Notes under the pieces: model-generated | Told to the model about the DNA's origin: nothing | Seen by the model: only the letters and a program-made list of their open reading frames with translations | Databases searched by the model: none | Shown here: positions 43,521 through 52,702 of the stretch, in pieces | Position numbering within the stretch: position 1 is the stretch's first letter | How the letters are laid out: each line of letters begins with the position of its first letter | Assembly (NCBI GenBank): GCA_035542135.1 | Contig: DATKLZ010000092.1 | Location: 1 to 60,006, forward strand | DNA from: Steroidobacteraceae bacterium | Lineage (GTDB): Bacteria > Pseudomonadota > Gammaproteobacteria > Steroidobacterales > Steroidobacteraceae | DNA: 60,006 bases | Direction: 5' to 3' | Translations under genes and position numbers: made by a program

Positions 43521-44318
43521 TCATTGGTTCGCGGCCGCGGGCCGGGCGCCGCTCGCCACCAGCGCGCGCAACTCGCGGAGCTTGCGCTCGACGACCGCCG
43601 CGTTGTCGGCGCCCATGCGCAGCAGCAGCTTCTGTCCGGCCGAACGCGCCTCGAGATCCGGATCGGCGTATTCCCAGAATACCTTCGGCCGCACCAGCGC
43701 CAGCGGCGCGGCCGGGTGCGGCGTCGCCAGCAGGTCGTCGATCGCGGCCACCAGCCGGTCGTTGAAATAGCCCTGCGGATAGCCCAGGTCCTGGTAGGCG
43801 CGCTGGAACAGCGGGTAGTAGCGCTGGTACACGCTGTTCACGGCATGCATGTCCAGGCTCCCCAGGATCGCCACGACCGGCACGTAGCGCAGGCTGTTGT
43901 GCGCATCCAGCGTCGCCTGTTCATCGCCCCCGCTGGCGATGAACGTGCCGGCGGTCGGCTGCAGCGGCCGCAGGTCGACGGCCAGGCGCCGCCGCGGCAG
44001 GTTGTCGACCGTTGCCACGACATGGCGAATCAGGTTCTCGGGCCGCAGGAACTTGCCGATCCTGCCGGCGCCCGGAATGGCCTCCAGCGCCTTCGCGAAC
44101 GGCGCGTCGCTGTCCGCGAGCGCCGGGAGTGGCTCGGCATCGGCTGCCGGCGCCGGCATCGGATTGGCGATGGCCGGCGGCGCCTCGGGCACGGGCGGCG
44201 CCACCACCGGGGGCGGCGGCACCGGCGTGGGCGCCAGGCGCGGCCACCAATACCAGGCCGCCGCGCTGCCCAGTACCACGACTCCGGCCAGGACGGGAAT
44301 GGCCTTGTTCGACAGCAC
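43521..44318 (-). CDS. DUF3014 domain protein
   Basis: Start placed at GTG 44318 (GAGGAG RBS 6 nt upstream). N-terminal TM span, Pro-rich linker, conserved C-terminal domain. The ORF is open to 44468. Confidence 0.65.
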   Translation of the reverse strand: MLSNKAIPVLAGVVVLGSAAAWYWWPRLAPTPVPPPPVVAPPVPEAPPAIANPMPAPAADAEPLPALADSDAPFAKALEAIPGAGRIGKFLRPENLIRHVVATVDNLPRRRLAVDLRPLQPTAGTFIASGGDEQATLDAHNSLRYVPVVAILGSLDMHAVNSVYQRYYPLFQRAYQDLGYPQGYFNDRLVAAIDDLLATPHPAAPLALVRPKVFWEYADPDLEARSAGQKLLLRMGADNAAVVERKLRELRALVASGARPAAANQ

Positions 44319-44403
44319 GCTCTTCTCCTCAGCCGCAGCCGGTACGGCGTATGATTTCACTGTAGCGCTTGGCTGACAAACATAACGGCCCTCGGGGGGC
44401 GAC

Positions 44404-45318
44404 ATGGCATCCGATTCGAACCCGGCTGGCGATTGGGCCGCCGCCCTGCAGAAGGCGCAGGCCGACATGCTGCGCCAATGGTCGGAACTGGGCCAGGGCT
44501 GGGCCCGGGCGGCAACGCCCGCCGCGGCCGGCGCCGCCGCGCCGGCGGCCCCGGCCGGGGCCGAGAACCTGGCGCGTCATTTCCTGCAGCAGTGCGAGCA
44601 GTACCTGGGGGTATCGCGTTCCCTGTGGGAACTCGTCACGCGTGCCGCGGCGATCAGCGACCCGGAGCAGCGCAGCCGCGCCTTCGCCGACGGCCTCGGC
44701 GCCCTGCAGCAGCAGTTCGCGGGACTGTGGGCGGCGACTCCCTTCGGTGCCCCGCAGGCCCCAGGCCTGGGGGGATTCGCCGGCCCCGCGGGTTTTCCAG
44801 GCCTGGGCGGATTCCAGGGCCTCGGTGGTTTCCCCGGCGCGGGCGCCTTTCCGGGCGCGGGCGCTTTCCCCGGTGTCGGCAACGCGTTCGCGGCCCCCGC
44901 GCTGGGGCCGACGCGCGAACAGCAGGAGGCCTGGCAGCGCCTGGTGCAGCTCGCGGCACGCAGCGCGCAGGCCCAGTTGCAGGTCGCGGGACTGTGGAAC
45001 GACATCATCGGCAAGTCGTTGCGGGAACTCGCCGAGCGCGTCACGCCGCGGCTGAAGAGCGGCGCCGCGCCCGGCTCCCTGAAGGAGATCTACGACCTGT
45101 GGGTCGACTCGGCCGAGAGCGTGTACGCGCAGGCCGCGCGCGGCGCGGCCTTCGTGCAGGCGCAGGCGGAACTCACGAACGCCACCAGCCAGCTGCGCAC
45201 CGCGCAGCGCGAGCTGCTCGAGGAATGGGCGAAGCAGTTCGACCTGCCGACGCGCTCCGAACTCAACAGCATCCACCAGCAGTTGCGCGAATTGAAGGCC
45301 GCGCTGCGCCGCACCTGA
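44404..45318 (+). CDS. phaE: Class III PHA synthase subunit PhaE
   Basis: Sits immediately upstream of a class III phaC. C-terminal coiled segment EWAKQFDLPTRSELNSIHQQLRELK is typical of PhaE. Central Gly/Phe/Pro repeats. Confidence 0.8.
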   Translation: MASDSNPAGDWAAALQKAQADMLRQWSELGQGWARAATPAAAGAAAPAAPAGAENLARHFLQQCEQYLGVSRSLWELVTRAAAISDPEQRSRAFADGLGALQQQFAGLWAATPFGAPQAPGLGGFAGPAGFPGLGGFQGLGGFPGAGAFPGAGAFPGVGNAFAAPALGPTREQQEAWQRLVQLAARSAQAQLQVAGLWNDIIGKSLRELAERVTPRLKSGAAPGSLKEIYDLWVDSAESVYAQAARGAAFVQAQAELTNATSQLRTAQRELLEEWAKQFDLPTRSELNSIHQQLRELKAALRRT

Positions 45319-45321
45319 CCC

Positions 45322-46404
45322 ATGAGCGAGGCGTCCGCCACCGCGCCCGATGCCGCGCCGCTGCCGGCGGCCGCGCTCGATGAAATCGGCGCGCTGCCGG
45401 GGCGCCTGGCGGCCACGCTGCGCTCGCTGCAGGCCGCGGCCGATGTCAGTTTCGGGTGTTCGGAAAAAGAGGCGATCCACACCGAAGACAAGCTGACGCT
45501 TTACCACTATCGGCCGATCGCGCCGAGCGCGAACCTGCCGCCGGTGCTGATCGTGTACGCGCTGGTGAATCGTCCGTACATGATGGACCTGCAGCCTGAC
45601 CGCTCGCTGATCCGCCGGCTGCTCGAGCTCGGCATCGACGTGTACCTGATCGACTGGGGCTATCCCGACGGCGCCGACCGCTACACCGACCTCAACGACT
45701 ACATCAACGGCTACCTGCACCGCGCGCTCGACGTGGTACTCAAGCGCCACCAGATCGAATCGACCACGCTGCTCGGCGTGTGCCAGGGCGGCACCTTCAG
45801 CCTCTGCTACGCCGCGCTCCATCCGGAACGCGTGCGCAACCTCATCACGATGGTGACGCCGGTCGATTTCCAGACGCCCGACAATCTGCTGTCGCGCTGG
45901 GCGCAGAGCATCGACGTGGATGCACTCGTCGCCGCGCACGGCGTCGTGCCGGGCGAGGTGCTCAACGCGGCCTATGTATCGCTCATGCCGTTCCGCCTGC
46001 TGCAGCAGAAATACGTCAACCTGCTCGAGGCCGACGGCGACCAGGCGCAGATGGACAATTTCATGCGCATGGAGAAATGGATCTTCGACAGTCCGGCGCA
46101 GGCCGGCGCCGCGTTCCGCGAATTCACGCGCTGGTTCTTCCAGGAGAACCGGCTGCTCAAGGGCACGCTCGAGATCGGCGGCCGCAAGGTCGACCTGAAG
46201 AACATCCGCCAGGCGGTGCTGAACATCTACGGCAAGCAGGATCATCTCGTGCCGCCGGCCGCGTCGATCGCGCTCGAGCCGCTCCTCGGCACCGCCGACT
46301 ACATGGCGCTCGGCCTGGATGTCGGGCACATCGGCATGTATGTCAGCGGCCGCTCGCAACGCGAGCTGCCGCAGGCCATCGCTTACTGGCTGCAACGACG
46401 CTGA
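45322..46404 (+). CDS. phaC: Class III poly(R)-hydroxyalkanoate synthase subunit PhaC
   Basis: About 360 aa. YALVNRPYMMDL, lipase box GVCQGG, and a C-terminal HIG motif. Confidence 0.9.
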   Translation: MSEASATAPDAAPLPAAALDEIGALPGRLAATLRSLQAAADVSFGCSEKEAIHTEDKLTLYHYRPIAPSANLPPVLIVYALVNRPYMMDLQPDRSLIRRLLELGIDVYLIDWGYPDGADRYTDLNDYINGYLHRALDVVLKRHQIESTTLLGVCQGGTFSLCYAALHPERVRNLITMVTPVDFQTPDNLLSRWAQSIDVDALVAAHGVVPGEVLNAAYVSLMPFRLLQQKYVNLLEADGDQAQMDNFMRMEKWIFDSPAQAGAAFREFTRWFFQENRLLKGTLEIGGRKVDLKNIRQAVLNIYGKQDHLVPPAASIALEPLLGTADYMALGLDVGHIGMYVSGRSQRELPQAIAYWLQRR

Positions 46405-46431
46405 GTGGCGTCATCAAGGAAGGCGTTCATC

Positions 46432-47835
46432 ATGACCAGCGCAACGCAAGCGACCCAGACCCCGGCCGAGGCCCCGACCAGCACCGCGCGCCTGCGCGAA
46501 CTGGACCTCGCGCACCACCTGCCGGCGTTCCAGAACTACCACCTGATGCAGACGCTCGGCGGCAGCCGCATCATCACGCGCGCCGAGGGCTGCTACATCG
46601 AAGACGCCGAGGGCAACAGGATACTCGACGGCATGGCCGGGCTCTGGTGCGTGAACGTCGGCTACGGGCGCACCGAGCTCGCCGACGTGGCGCGCGAGCA
46701 GATGCTGCAGCTGCCCTTCTACAACACGTTCTTCCGCACGGCCACCGTGCCCGGCGTGCAGCTGGCCACGAAGATCGCCGGGCTCACCGGGGGCAGGCTG
46801 CAGCACGTGTTCTTCAACAGCTCGGGCTCGGAAGCCAACGACACGGCGCTGCGCCTGGTGCGGCACTACTGGGACGTGCGCGGGGAGCCGAAGCGCAAGA
46901 TCTTCATCAGCCGCTGGAACGCCTACCACGGTTCCACGGTCGCGGGCGCGAGCCTCGGGGGCATGAAGCCGATGCACGCGCAGGGCGACCTGCCGATTCC
47001 GGGCATCGAGCACATCATGCAGCCCTACAAGTTCGGCGACGGGTTCGACGAGAGCGAGGAGGCGTTCGCGGCGCGGGCGGCCGGCGCGCTCGAACAGCGC
47101 ATCCTCGAGCTCGGGCCGCAGCGCGTGGCGGCCTTCATCGGCGAGCCGGTCCAGGGCGCGGGCGGCGTGATCATCCCGCCGCGCGGCTACTGGGAGAAGA
47201 TCAGCGCGATCTGCAGGAAGTACGGCGTGCTGCTGGTCGCCGACGAGGTGATCTGCGGCTTCGGCCGGCTGGGCCGCTGGTTCGGCCACCAGCACTTCGG
47301 GCTGGAGCCCGACATCGTGACGATGGCCAAGGGCCTGTCATCCGGCTACCTGCCGATCTCCGCCACGGTGGTCTCGCACGAGATCATCGAGCTGCTGCGC
47401 CGCAATGACGACGAGTTCTACCACGGCTTCACGTACTCGGGCCACCCGACCTGCGCCGCCGTGGCCCTGCGCAACATCGAGATCATCGAGCGCGAGGGAC
47501 TCGTGCAGCGCACCGCCGAAGTGACCGGCCCGTACCTCAACCAGGCGCTGCAGCGGCTGCTGGCCAACCCGATCGTGGGCGAAGTCCGGTCGCTGGGACT
47601 CATCGGTGCCGTGGAAATCGTGCGCCAGAAGGGCACGAACCTGCGCTTCGGCGACAAGGAAGGCACGGCCGGCCCGGTCGTGCGCGATCGCTGCGTCGCC
47701 AACGGGCTCATGCTGCGCGCGGTGCGCGACAGCATCATCATGTCGCCGCCGCTCGTCATCACGCCGGCGGAGATCGACAAGCTGGTGTCGATCCTCGACA
47801 AGTCGCTGACCGAGGCCGCCGCGCTGCTGGCTTGA
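46432..47835 (+). CDS. Class III (omega) aminotransferase, SpuC-like
   Basis: ATG at 46432 with AAGGAAGG RBS. GLWCVNVGYGR, SGSEAND, DEVICGFGRLG, and PLP-lysine context MAKGLSSGY. Confidence 0.88.
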   Translation: MTSATQATQTPAEAPTSTARLRELDLAHHLPAFQNYHLMQTLGGSRIITRAEGCYIEDAEGNRILDGMAGLWCVNVGYGRTELADVAREQMLQLPFYNTFFRTATVPGVQLATKIAGLTGGRLQHVFFNSSGSEANDTALRLVRHYWDVRGEPKRKIFISRWNAYHGSTVAGASLGGMKPMHAQGDLPIPGIEHIMQPYKFGDGFDESEEAFAARAAGALEQRILELGPQRVAAFIGEPVQGAGGVIIPPRGYWEKISAICRKYGVLLVADEVICGFGRLGRWFGHQHFGLEPDIVTMAKGLSSGYLPISATVVSHEIIELLRRNDDEFYHGFTYSGHPTCAAVALRNIEIIEREGLVQRTAEVTGPYLNQALQRLLANPIVGEVRSLGLIGAVEIVRQKGTNLRFGDKEGTAGPVVRDRCVANGLMLRAVRDSIIMSPPLVITPAEIDKLVSILDKSLTEAAALLA

Positions 47836-47861
47836 GCGGTGGATGCGGCTGCGCAGCGCGC

Positions 47862-49619
47862 TCAGCCGCGCACGTAGCCGCCGGGCGCGTCGGCCAGGGG
47901 CACGTAGCCCGCGGCGGAATTGCCCTGCGGTGGAGGCGCCACGAGCCCGGGCGCGGAATGCGCCACGAGCCATTGCTGCCAGGTCGGCCACCATGAGCCG
48001 GCGTGCAGCTGCGCGTCGGCGAGGTACTGTTCAGGGCTCGCTGCCTCGCCGGCATCGCTCCAGCGATAGACGCGGTGGCGGCGCTTCGCGTTCACCGGGC
48101 CGCTGATGATGCCGGCATTGTGGCCACCGCTGGTGAGCAGGAAGGTGTAGTCGCCCGAGCGGGTCAGTGCGCGCGTCTTGAACGCAGAACGCCATGGCGC
48201 GACGTGGTCGGTCTCGGTGCCGACGACGAACATGGGCATGGTGAGATCGCGCAGATCGATCGCGCGGCCCTCGACGGTGAATCGCCCGGCCGCCAGCTCA
48301 TTGTGCAGGTACAGCCGCTCGAGGTACTCGCTGTGCATGCGGCAGGGCATGCGCGTGCCGTCTGCATTCCAGGCCATCAGGTCGCTGAGCGGCGCGCGCT
48401 GCCCGCGCAGGTACTGGTTGACGGCCGGCGCCCAGATCAGCTCGCCCGGGCGGAGCAGCGCGAATGCGGCGCCCATGCTCTCGCTGCTGAGCACGCCGTC
48501 GCGCTGCATCTGCGCCTCGAGCGCGGCAAGCTGGCCCGGCGAGATGAACAGCGACAGCTCGCCCGGCTCGCTGAAATCGGTCTGCGCGGCGAACAGCGTG
48601 ATCGAGGCGATGCGCGTGTCGCCCTCGCGCGCGAGCGCCGCGGCGGCGATCGACAGCAGCGTGCCGCCGATGCAGTAGCCGACGGTGTGCACGCGGCGGC
48701 CCGGCACGATCGCCTGCACCGCATCGAGTGCGGCGCGGAATCCGAGCCGCACGTAGTCGTCCATCGAGCGATTCCGGTCGGCCGCGGTCGGGTTCTTCCA
48801 CGACAGCATGAACACCGTGTGGCCCTGGCCCACCAGGTAGTTGACCAGCGAGTTGTGCGGCGAGAGATCGAGGATGTAGTACTTCATGATCCACGCCGGC
48901 GTGACCAGGATCGGCTCGGCATACACACTGTCGGTCTGCGGCGTGTACTGGATCAGCTCGGCGAGCTCGTTGCGCATCACCACCTTGCCCGGCGTGACCG
49001 CAACCTGTGCGCCGACGCGGAAATTCTCGGTGCCCGGTGCCGCGCCGCCGGCCAGCGTGCGCGCGAGATCCTCGACCCAGTGCTGCGCGCCGCGCAGCAG
49101 GTTGGCGCCACCCTCGGTGCGCGTCTGCTCGAGCAGCTGCGGATTGGTCGGCAGGTAGTGCGCCGGCGATGCCAGGTTCAGCCACTGCCGGCGCAGGAAT
49201 TCCAGGCGTTGCGCGTTTTCGGCCGACACGCCGTCGGCCGCGGCCAGCACTTCGCCGCTCCAGTCGTTCAGGTTCTGGAAGGTGTGCGCGTAGACATTGA
49301 ATGGCCAGTCCTGCCAGCCGGCGCCGGCGAAAGCGGCGTCATCGGATTCCGCTGGCATGGCCTTGCCCGCCGCGGCCTGCAGCGCGAAGCGCAGGTTGTC
49401 GGCGCCATGGGCGAGCGCCGATTGGAACAGGGCCTGCTGGCGTTCGGGCGCGAGCGCCAGCCCCAGCGACCAGTCGGCCCAGGCGCGCAGGTAATCGTCG
49501 ACGCCCGGCACGGCGGTCGCCAGTTGCGAGCGCAGTTCGGCGACCAGCGGTTGCCGCGGCGCGAGCGCGGTCGGCAGTTCGGACTTCATCGGCAGAAGGC
49601 CCCGGGACGGATCGACCAT
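47862..49619 (-). CDS. phaC: Class I poly(R)-hydroxyalkanoate synthase PhaC
   Basis: About 575-585 aa. ILDLSPHNSLVNYLV, lipase box GYCIGG. The start is at 49619 or ATG 49589, and the hairpin at 49597-49629 favours the latter. Confidence 0.88.
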   Translation of the reverse strand: MVDPSRGLLPMKSELPTALAPRQPLVAELRSQLATAVPGVDDYLRAWADWSLGLALAPERQQALFQSALAHGADNLRFALQAAAGKAMPAESDDAAFAGAGWQDWPFNVYAHTFQNLNDWSGEVLAAADGVSAENAQRLEFLRRQWLNLASPAHYLPTNPQLLEQTRTEGGANLLRGAQHWVEDLARTLAGGAAPGTENFRVGAQVAVTPGKVVMRNELAELIQYTPQTDSVYAEPILVTPAWIMKYYILDLSPHNSLVNYLVGQGHTVFMLSWKNPTAADRNRSMDDYVRLGFRAALDAVQAIVPGRRVHTVGYCIGGTLLSIAAAALAREGDTRIASITLFAAQTDFSEPGELSLFISPGQLAALEAQMQRDGVLSSESMGAAFALLRPGELIWAPAVNQYLRGQRAPLSDLMAWNADGTRMPCRMHSEYLERLYLHNELAAGRFTVEGRAIDLRDLTMPMFVVGTETDHVAPWRSAFKTRALTRSGDYTFLLTSGGHNAGIISGPVNAKRRHRVYRWSDAGEAASPEQYLADAQLHAGSWWPTWQQWLVAHSAPGLVAPPPQGNSAAGYVPLADAPGGYVRG

Positions 49620-49629
49620 CCCGGGGCCT
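49597..49629. terminator. Hairpin downstream of the phasin gene
   Basis: AGGCCCCGGGA / TCCCGGGGCCT 11-bp stem with an 11-nt loop. On the minus strand it is followed by TTCTGCC (weak U-tract). Confidence 0.45.
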
Positions 49630-49658
49630 GTCTCTGTCAGCGTCAGGGGAAGAGCGCC

Positions 49659-50018
49659 TTAGGCGGCTTTCTTCGACAACTCGACGACCTTCGCGGTCGC
49701 TTCGTTGAACAGCTGGTTCAGCGTGCTCTGCGACTCACTGGTGATCGTGGTCAGTTCCTGCACGCGGCCGCGCAGCTGCTCGCTGATCTTCGAACCCAGC
49801 TCGGCCTGCTTGGCAGCCAGCTCGGCGGGGCTCTTGGCGGCGAGGACGGCCTGCGCCTGGGTCAGCGTCCACTCCAGGTAATCGCCGGCGACGGCGTACT
49901 GGTAGCGGGCGACGCGCTCGAAAGCCTTCAGGGCTTCCTGCTGCGCGTGGAGGGCGGGGGCCAGCGCGTCACGATAGGACTCGATCAGCGCGCTCGGGTC
50001 GAAGTTGCGGTCGGTCAT
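49659..50018 (-). CDS. phaP: Phasin family protein
   Basis: ATG at 50018 with GGAG RBS. 119 aa, Ala/Gln/Glu-rich helical protein in a PHA locus. Confidence 0.8.
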   Translation of the reverse strand: MTDRNFDPSALIESYRDALAPALHAQQEALKAFERVARYQYAVAGDYLEWTLTQAQAVLAAKSPAELAAKQAELGSKISEQLRGRVQELTTITSESQSTLNQLFNEATAKVVELSKKAA

Positions 50019-50216
50019 GTCGGGCTCCGGAAAATGGCGGCGATTGCCTGGGTACGGAACGCATCCTATCGCCATTTTGTATGCAGTGCAAGAGAATTCT
50101 CGAAACAAGCCTTCACTGCGGCGAATGATTTTATAAGTACTTGTTTTAAAACTATATTATTAAACTCGTGCCAGCATCAACCCGCCGGACGGCGTCCAAT
50201 ATTAACGCGACGCATT

Positions 50217-50978
50217 CTAGAGCCTGAGCCCGCCATCCAGGTCGATGACCCGGCCGGTGAAGAACTCGTTCTCGAAGATGAAGCGGGCGGCGTGCGCGAT
50301 TTCCTCGGGTTGGCCGAGACGCCCGATCGGCACCGGCGCGATCATTTTCTCCAGGATCTCGGGCTTCATCGCGTCGAGGATCGAGGTGTGCGTGAAGCCG
50401 GGCGCGATCGCGCCGACGCGGATGCGATAGCGCGCCAGCTCGCGCGCCCACACGACCGCCAGCGCGGCGACGCCGGCCTTGGCGGCGGCGTAATTCGACT
50501 GGCCGACGTTGCCGTGCCGCGAGATGCTGGAGATGTTGACGATCACGCCGCCATTGCCGAGCCTGATCATGCGCTCCGCGGCTTCGCGGCCGCACAGGAA
50601 CACACCGGTCAGGTTCACGTCGATGACCGCCTGCCACTGCGCCAAGCTCATCTTGCCGGTGATTTCGCCGTCCTTCGCCCTGACGAGCAGCGCGTCGCGG
50701 ATGATGCCGGCGTTGTTGACGAGGCCATCGAGACGGCCGAAATCGCGCGTGATCGCATCGAACGTGGCGCCGACCTGCGCTTCATCCGCGACATTGGCGC
50801 CATAGCCGCGCGCGCTGGCGCCGTGCGCGCTGCAGGCCGCGAGTGCCGCGGACATGTCGGATTCGGGCACGTCGATGAGCGCGAGGTTCGCGCCCGCGGC
50901 GGCGAATCCTTCCGCCATCGAGCGGCCAATGCCGCGGGCGGCGCCGGTCACGGCGACGGTCTTGCCCTTGAGATCCAT
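50217..50978 (-). CDS. SDR family oxidoreductase (3-oxoacyl/acetoacetyl-CoA reductase-like)
   Basis: TGAARGIG cofactor motif, NNAG, catalytic S...YAAAK. It lies between phaR and phaP, so it is a candidate PHA-pathway reductase. Confidence 0.85.
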   Translation of the reverse strand: MDLKGKTVAVTGAARGIGRSMAEGFAAAGANLALIDVPESDMSAALAACSAHGASARGYGANVADEAQVGATFDAITRDFGRLDGLVNNAGIIRDALLVRAKDGEITGKMSLAQWQAVIDVNLTGVFLCGREAAERMIRLGNGGVIVNISSISRHGNVGQSNYAAAKAGVAALAVVWARELARYRIRVGAIAPGFTHTSILDAMKPEILEKMIAPVPIGRLGQPEEIAHAARFIFENEFFTGRVIDLDGGLRL

Positions 50979-50996
50979 GCGTATCCTCGCGGAAGC

Positions 50997-51602
50997 TTAC
51001 TGCGGGTTTTCTTCGTCCGGCGCGGGGGGCGCCTGCGGGGGTTCGGGCGCGGCGGCCGCGCCGGGCGGGCTCACATGCGGATTGAGCGCAGCGAGCATCT
51101 GCGCCTGCATGCGGCTCCACATCTCCATGTTCTGGCGCGTGAGTTCGGCCAGCGGCGCCAGCGGCGCTTCCATCGCCTTGGCCATCTGCTCCTGCACCGA
51201 GCGCTGCTGCTGCATCACGGTGCCGAGGCTCTGCTCGAGGTAGCGCGAGAGCATGTCCTGCACCGGGTTGCCGTAGAAGCGGATAATGCCCTCGAGCAAC
51301 TGCACGCTCAGCACGGGCGAGCCGAACTGCTCCTGCTCGGAGATAATCTGCAGCAGCACGGCGCGCGTCAGGTCTTCGCCGGACCGGTCATCGACCACCT
51401 GCACCCGTTCGCCGGCGGCGATCAGGCGGCGGATGTCCTCGAGCGTGACGTGGCGGCTGGCGGTCGCGTCATACAGGCGCCGGTTGGCGTACTTGCGGAT
51501 GACTCGGGGCGGGATCACGCTGTTACCGTTGACGGCTCGGCTCGATTCAAGGAGAGCAACTCGAATGCGCGCGCATGCTAACCCACGTGCTATGCGTTGC
51601 AC
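50997..51602 (-). CDS. phaR: PHA synthesis repressor PhaR
   Basis: IRKYANRRLYDATASRHVTLEDI...GEDLTRAVLLQII is the conserved PhaR N-terminal domain. The true start may be GTG 51518, because PhaR normally begins about 10 aa before this motif. Confidence 0.88.
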   Translation of the reverse strand: MQRIARGLACARIRVALLESSRAVNGNSVIPPRVIRKYANRRLYDATASRHVTLEDIRRLIAAGERVQVVDDRSGEDLTRAVLLQIISEQEQFGSPVLSVQLLEGIIRFYGNPVQDMLSRYLEQSLGTVMQQQRSVQEQMAKAMEAPLAPLAELTRQNMEMWSRMQAQMLAALNPHVSPPGAAAAPEPPQAPPAPDEENPQ

Positions 51603-51754
51603 AATGAAACGCCGCGCCGGCAGTGCCCGGCACGGCGATGGCGTCTATAAAATCATATTTGTCAGTATGTTGGGAGCCGGCTCATCTCCCTGTGGCGCAA
51701 CGGGAATCCGGGGCATTCCATAATGCAGCGCACACCAGCCGAGGCCGGCACGGC

Positions 51755-52702
51755 ATGAACCAGCGCCCGCGGCAATGCGCCGGCACGGTGTTCATGGTGC
51801 GGCCGGCGGCCTTCGGCTTCAACGCACAGACCGCCGCCAGCAATCCGCACCAGCACGATCGCAGCGCCGACGCCGCGACGGCGCAGGGCGCGCTGCTTGA
51901 TTTCACCGCTCTCGGGCAGGCGCTGCGATCGGAAGGCGTGCGCACGGTCATCGGGTCCGACAGCGCCGAGCCGCACAAGCCCGACGCGGTGTTCCCGAAC
52001 AACTGGGTCAGCTTCCACGCCGATGGCACCGTCGTGCTGTATCCGATGCTGGCCCCGAACCGGCGGCTCGAGCGCCGCGAAGAACTCATCGACCAGGTGT
52101 GCCAGGCCACTGGCTTCCGGCCGCGCCGGCGCGTCGACCTGACCGCGCACGAAGGATCCGGGCGCTTCCTCGAAGGCACCGGGAGCCTGGTGCTCGATCA
52201 CGTCGCGCGCGTCGCCTACGCCTGCCGTTCGGCGCGCACCGACGAAGCGATCGCGCGCGAGTGGGCCATTGCGATGGGGCATGACGTTGAGGTATTCGAT
52301 GCCCGCGACGCGCGCGGCCAGCCCTACTACCACACCAATGTCGTGATGTGGATCGGCTCGCGCAGCGCAATGGTCTGCGCGGAAGCGATCGCGCCCGGTG
52401 ATCGCGAGCGCGTGCTCTCGCGCCTTCGCGCCACGGGGCGCGAACTGTTCGAGATCGACCGCGCGGCGGTCGACGGCTTTGCCGGCAACATGCTCGAGCT
52501 GGCGACCTGGGACGAGGCCCTCGGCGATGCCTCGGTGCTGGTCATGTCCGCCACCGCGCGCGCGGCGCTCCCCGCGCCGGTGCTCGATCGCCTGCGCGGC
52601 TGCGTCGACACGATCCTCGCCGTGCCGGTACCGACCATCGAGCGCGTCGGCGGCGGCAGCGTGCGCTGCATGCTCGCGGAAGTGCCGGACACGCCCGCAT
52701 GA
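51755..52702 (+). CDS. Amidinotransferase-fold protein (arginine deiminase-related / CtlX-like)
   Basis: Internal ATG at 51755. MVRPAAFGFN...PNNW.S.H, and a C-terminal GGGSVRCMLAEV with the catalytic Cys typical of the guanidino-group-modifying enzyme superfamily. Confidence 0.75.
   Translation: MNQRPRQCAGTVFMVRPAAFGFNAQTAASNPHQHDRSADAATAQGALLDFTALGQALRSEGVRTVIGSDSAEPHKPDAVFPNNWVSFHADGTVVLYPMLAPNRRLERREELIDQVCQATGFRPRRRVDLTAHEGSGRFLEGTGSLVLDHVARVAYACRSARTDEAIAREWAIAMGHDVEVFDARDARGQPYYHTNVVMWIGSRSAMVCAEAIAPGDRERVLSRLRATGRELFEIDRAAVDGFAGNMLELATWDEALGDASVLVMSATARAALPAPVLDRLRGCVDTILAVPVPTIERVGGGSVRCMLAEVPDTPA

Noticed and set aside
44329-46395. 688-aa minus-strand ORF opposite phaE/phaC
   Set aside because: It is antisense to two genes with clear PHA synthase signatures and has shadow-ORF composition.
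48003-51581. 1192-aa plus-strand ORF across the PHA locus
   Set aside because: It is antisense to class I phaC, phaP, the SDR gene and phaR, all of which have strong family signatures. Its composition is Arg/Gly/Ala-rich noise.
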